Positions 63,094-64,000 of a DNA stretch of 64,000 nt are shown piece after piece (position 1 is the stretch's first letter; every line of letters starts with the position of its first letter). The stretch spans positions 160,001 to 224,000 of the forward strand of contig JAEOTA010000081.1 of assembly GCA_016840085.1 (NCBI GenBank), given 5' to 3'. The notes below the pieces were generated by a model. That model worked only from the letters and a program-made list of their open reading frames with translations. It made no database searches and was not told the origin of the DNA. This DNA is from Promethearchaeota archaeon (GTDB lineage: Archaea > Asgardarchaeota > Lokiarchaeia > Sigyniarchaeales > SOKP01). The translations under genes were made by a program, and so were the position numbers.

Positions 63094-63148
63094 TTGTACA
63101 ACACCTTAAAAAATTAAGAAAAACATAAAATAATTAATCCTTTTCCTT

Positions 63149-63568
63149 TTAAACCTTGGGTTTTGTTTCTTGCCCCTTATTGGATTCAGTAGGTCTTTTC
63201 AATCTTACAGAATAAATTTGCTTAATTTCCATTAAGTCATCACACTTATTACATTTGTCTCTCTTCTTAAAAACAAAATCACCTTTTGCATAGTTCCTAA
63301 CTTTAGTAATGCCGCATAAATTACAGATTAAAATAGTTAATGTTTGTCTGATAGGTTCTGGCGGACTTTTTTGTACTTGTATTAACGTAGCACCAAAGCA
63401 TATTAATATAAAACCAATAGACCAGCTTGAGATTTGATCAGGACCAATATTGAGGTAAATAAAAAGAGCTCCTAAAATAATTAAAAATATAAACAGAATA
63501 TTTTTTAAAACACTTTTAAATGTGATTCCTTTTTTTAAAATTTCCTCATCGTCTTCTTCTTCAATCAT
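63149..63568 (-). CDS. Membrane protein with a C-terminal Zn ribbon
   Basis: Two TM segments, CNLC...R.Y..GDFV.K...CNKC...I..IY. Confidence 0.8.
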   Translation of the reverse strand: MIEEEDDEEILKKGITFKSVLKNILFIFLIILGALFIYLNIGPDQISSWSIGFILICFGATLIQVQKSPPEPIRQTLTILICNLCGITKVRNYAKGDFVFKKRDKCNKCDDLMEIKQIYSVRLKRPTESNKGQETKPKV

Positions 63569-63688
63569 AGAAAATGTTGCAATATCTTGTTATCTATTCA
63601 CTATAATAGAAAAGAATAAATAAATTTTTTTATTATAAAACTATAATAGATAAAAGTTTTCAATTTTAAGTTAAAGTTTTGGGTAAAA

Positions 63689-64000
63689 ATGTTTAATATA
63701 TTTCAATTTGGCAGTGAAGGAACTGATCCGATAAGTTTAATTATCCAACTATTATGGTTTGTTCTTATATTTATAAGTATTTTTTATGGACAGAAGATTC
63801 AAGGTTGGAAAGCATCTAAAGAAATACAAATAGGATTAGAAAAATTAAAAAAATGGAATGACGAGTGTAAAGAAATTTTAATGAATAATTTTAAAGAATT
63901 TGCTGATCAAAAGAAGACTCAAAAAGATTTAATGCTGCAACTTGAAGATTTTATTACTTTTGTTACTATAGCTCCTGTATCACTTGATCCCTATGGTATT
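63689..64000 (+). CDS. DUF1512-family protein, partial (runs off window end)
   Basis: MFNIFQFG...LLWFVLIFISIFYGQKIQ...FVTIAPVSLDPYGI, open to the window end. Confidence 0.75.
   Translation, partial: MFNIFQFGSEGTDPISLIIQLLWFVLIFISIFYGQKIQGWKASKEIQIGLEKLKKWNDECKEILMNNFKEFADQKKTQKDLMLQLEDFITFVTIAPVSLDPYGI

Noticed and set aside
1-64000. CRISPR arrays, tRNA/rRNA genes, IS elements, integrases
   Set aside because: No regularly spaced repeats, cloverleaf-like GC-rich segments or recombinase/transposase motifs were seen by eye

Overview
This is a very AT-rich archaeal window, most likely Asgard (Lokiarchaeia/Promethearchaeota-like). That call is inferred from the archaeal/eukaryotic-type IleRS, PheRS alpha/beta, archaeal CoaD, a DUF1512 gene and a eukaryote-like RWD/E2-repeat RING protein. 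About 57 kb is a cell-surface glycosylation region: GT4, GT2 and GT-C glycosyltransferases, two flippases, rmlACBD, WecB, DegT, Gfo/Idh/MocA and acetyltransferase sugar enzymes, GDP-sugar SDRs, two TagF-like enzymes, methyltransferases and two sequon-rich surface proteins, with ileS embedded. The last 7 kb is housekeeping (rph, pheA, pheT, pheS, coaD, DUF1512). There are three main observations. (1) A 550-aa protein has four RWD/UBC-like repeats plus a C4HC3 RING, a FANCL-like E3 architecture. (2) An unannotated 29-codon ORF with a Phe cluster overlaps a perfect hairpin upstream of pheS-pheT-pheA, resembling a bacterial pheM/pheL attenuator; ileS also has a structured leader. (3) The 'intergenic' DNA holds many decayed fragments, several being diverged copies of intact genes in this window that bracket gene cassettes, which suggests repeated cassette replacement. 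No rRNA, tRNA, CRISPR array, transposase or integrase was recognised. All family calls come from motif recognition by eye, not database searches.
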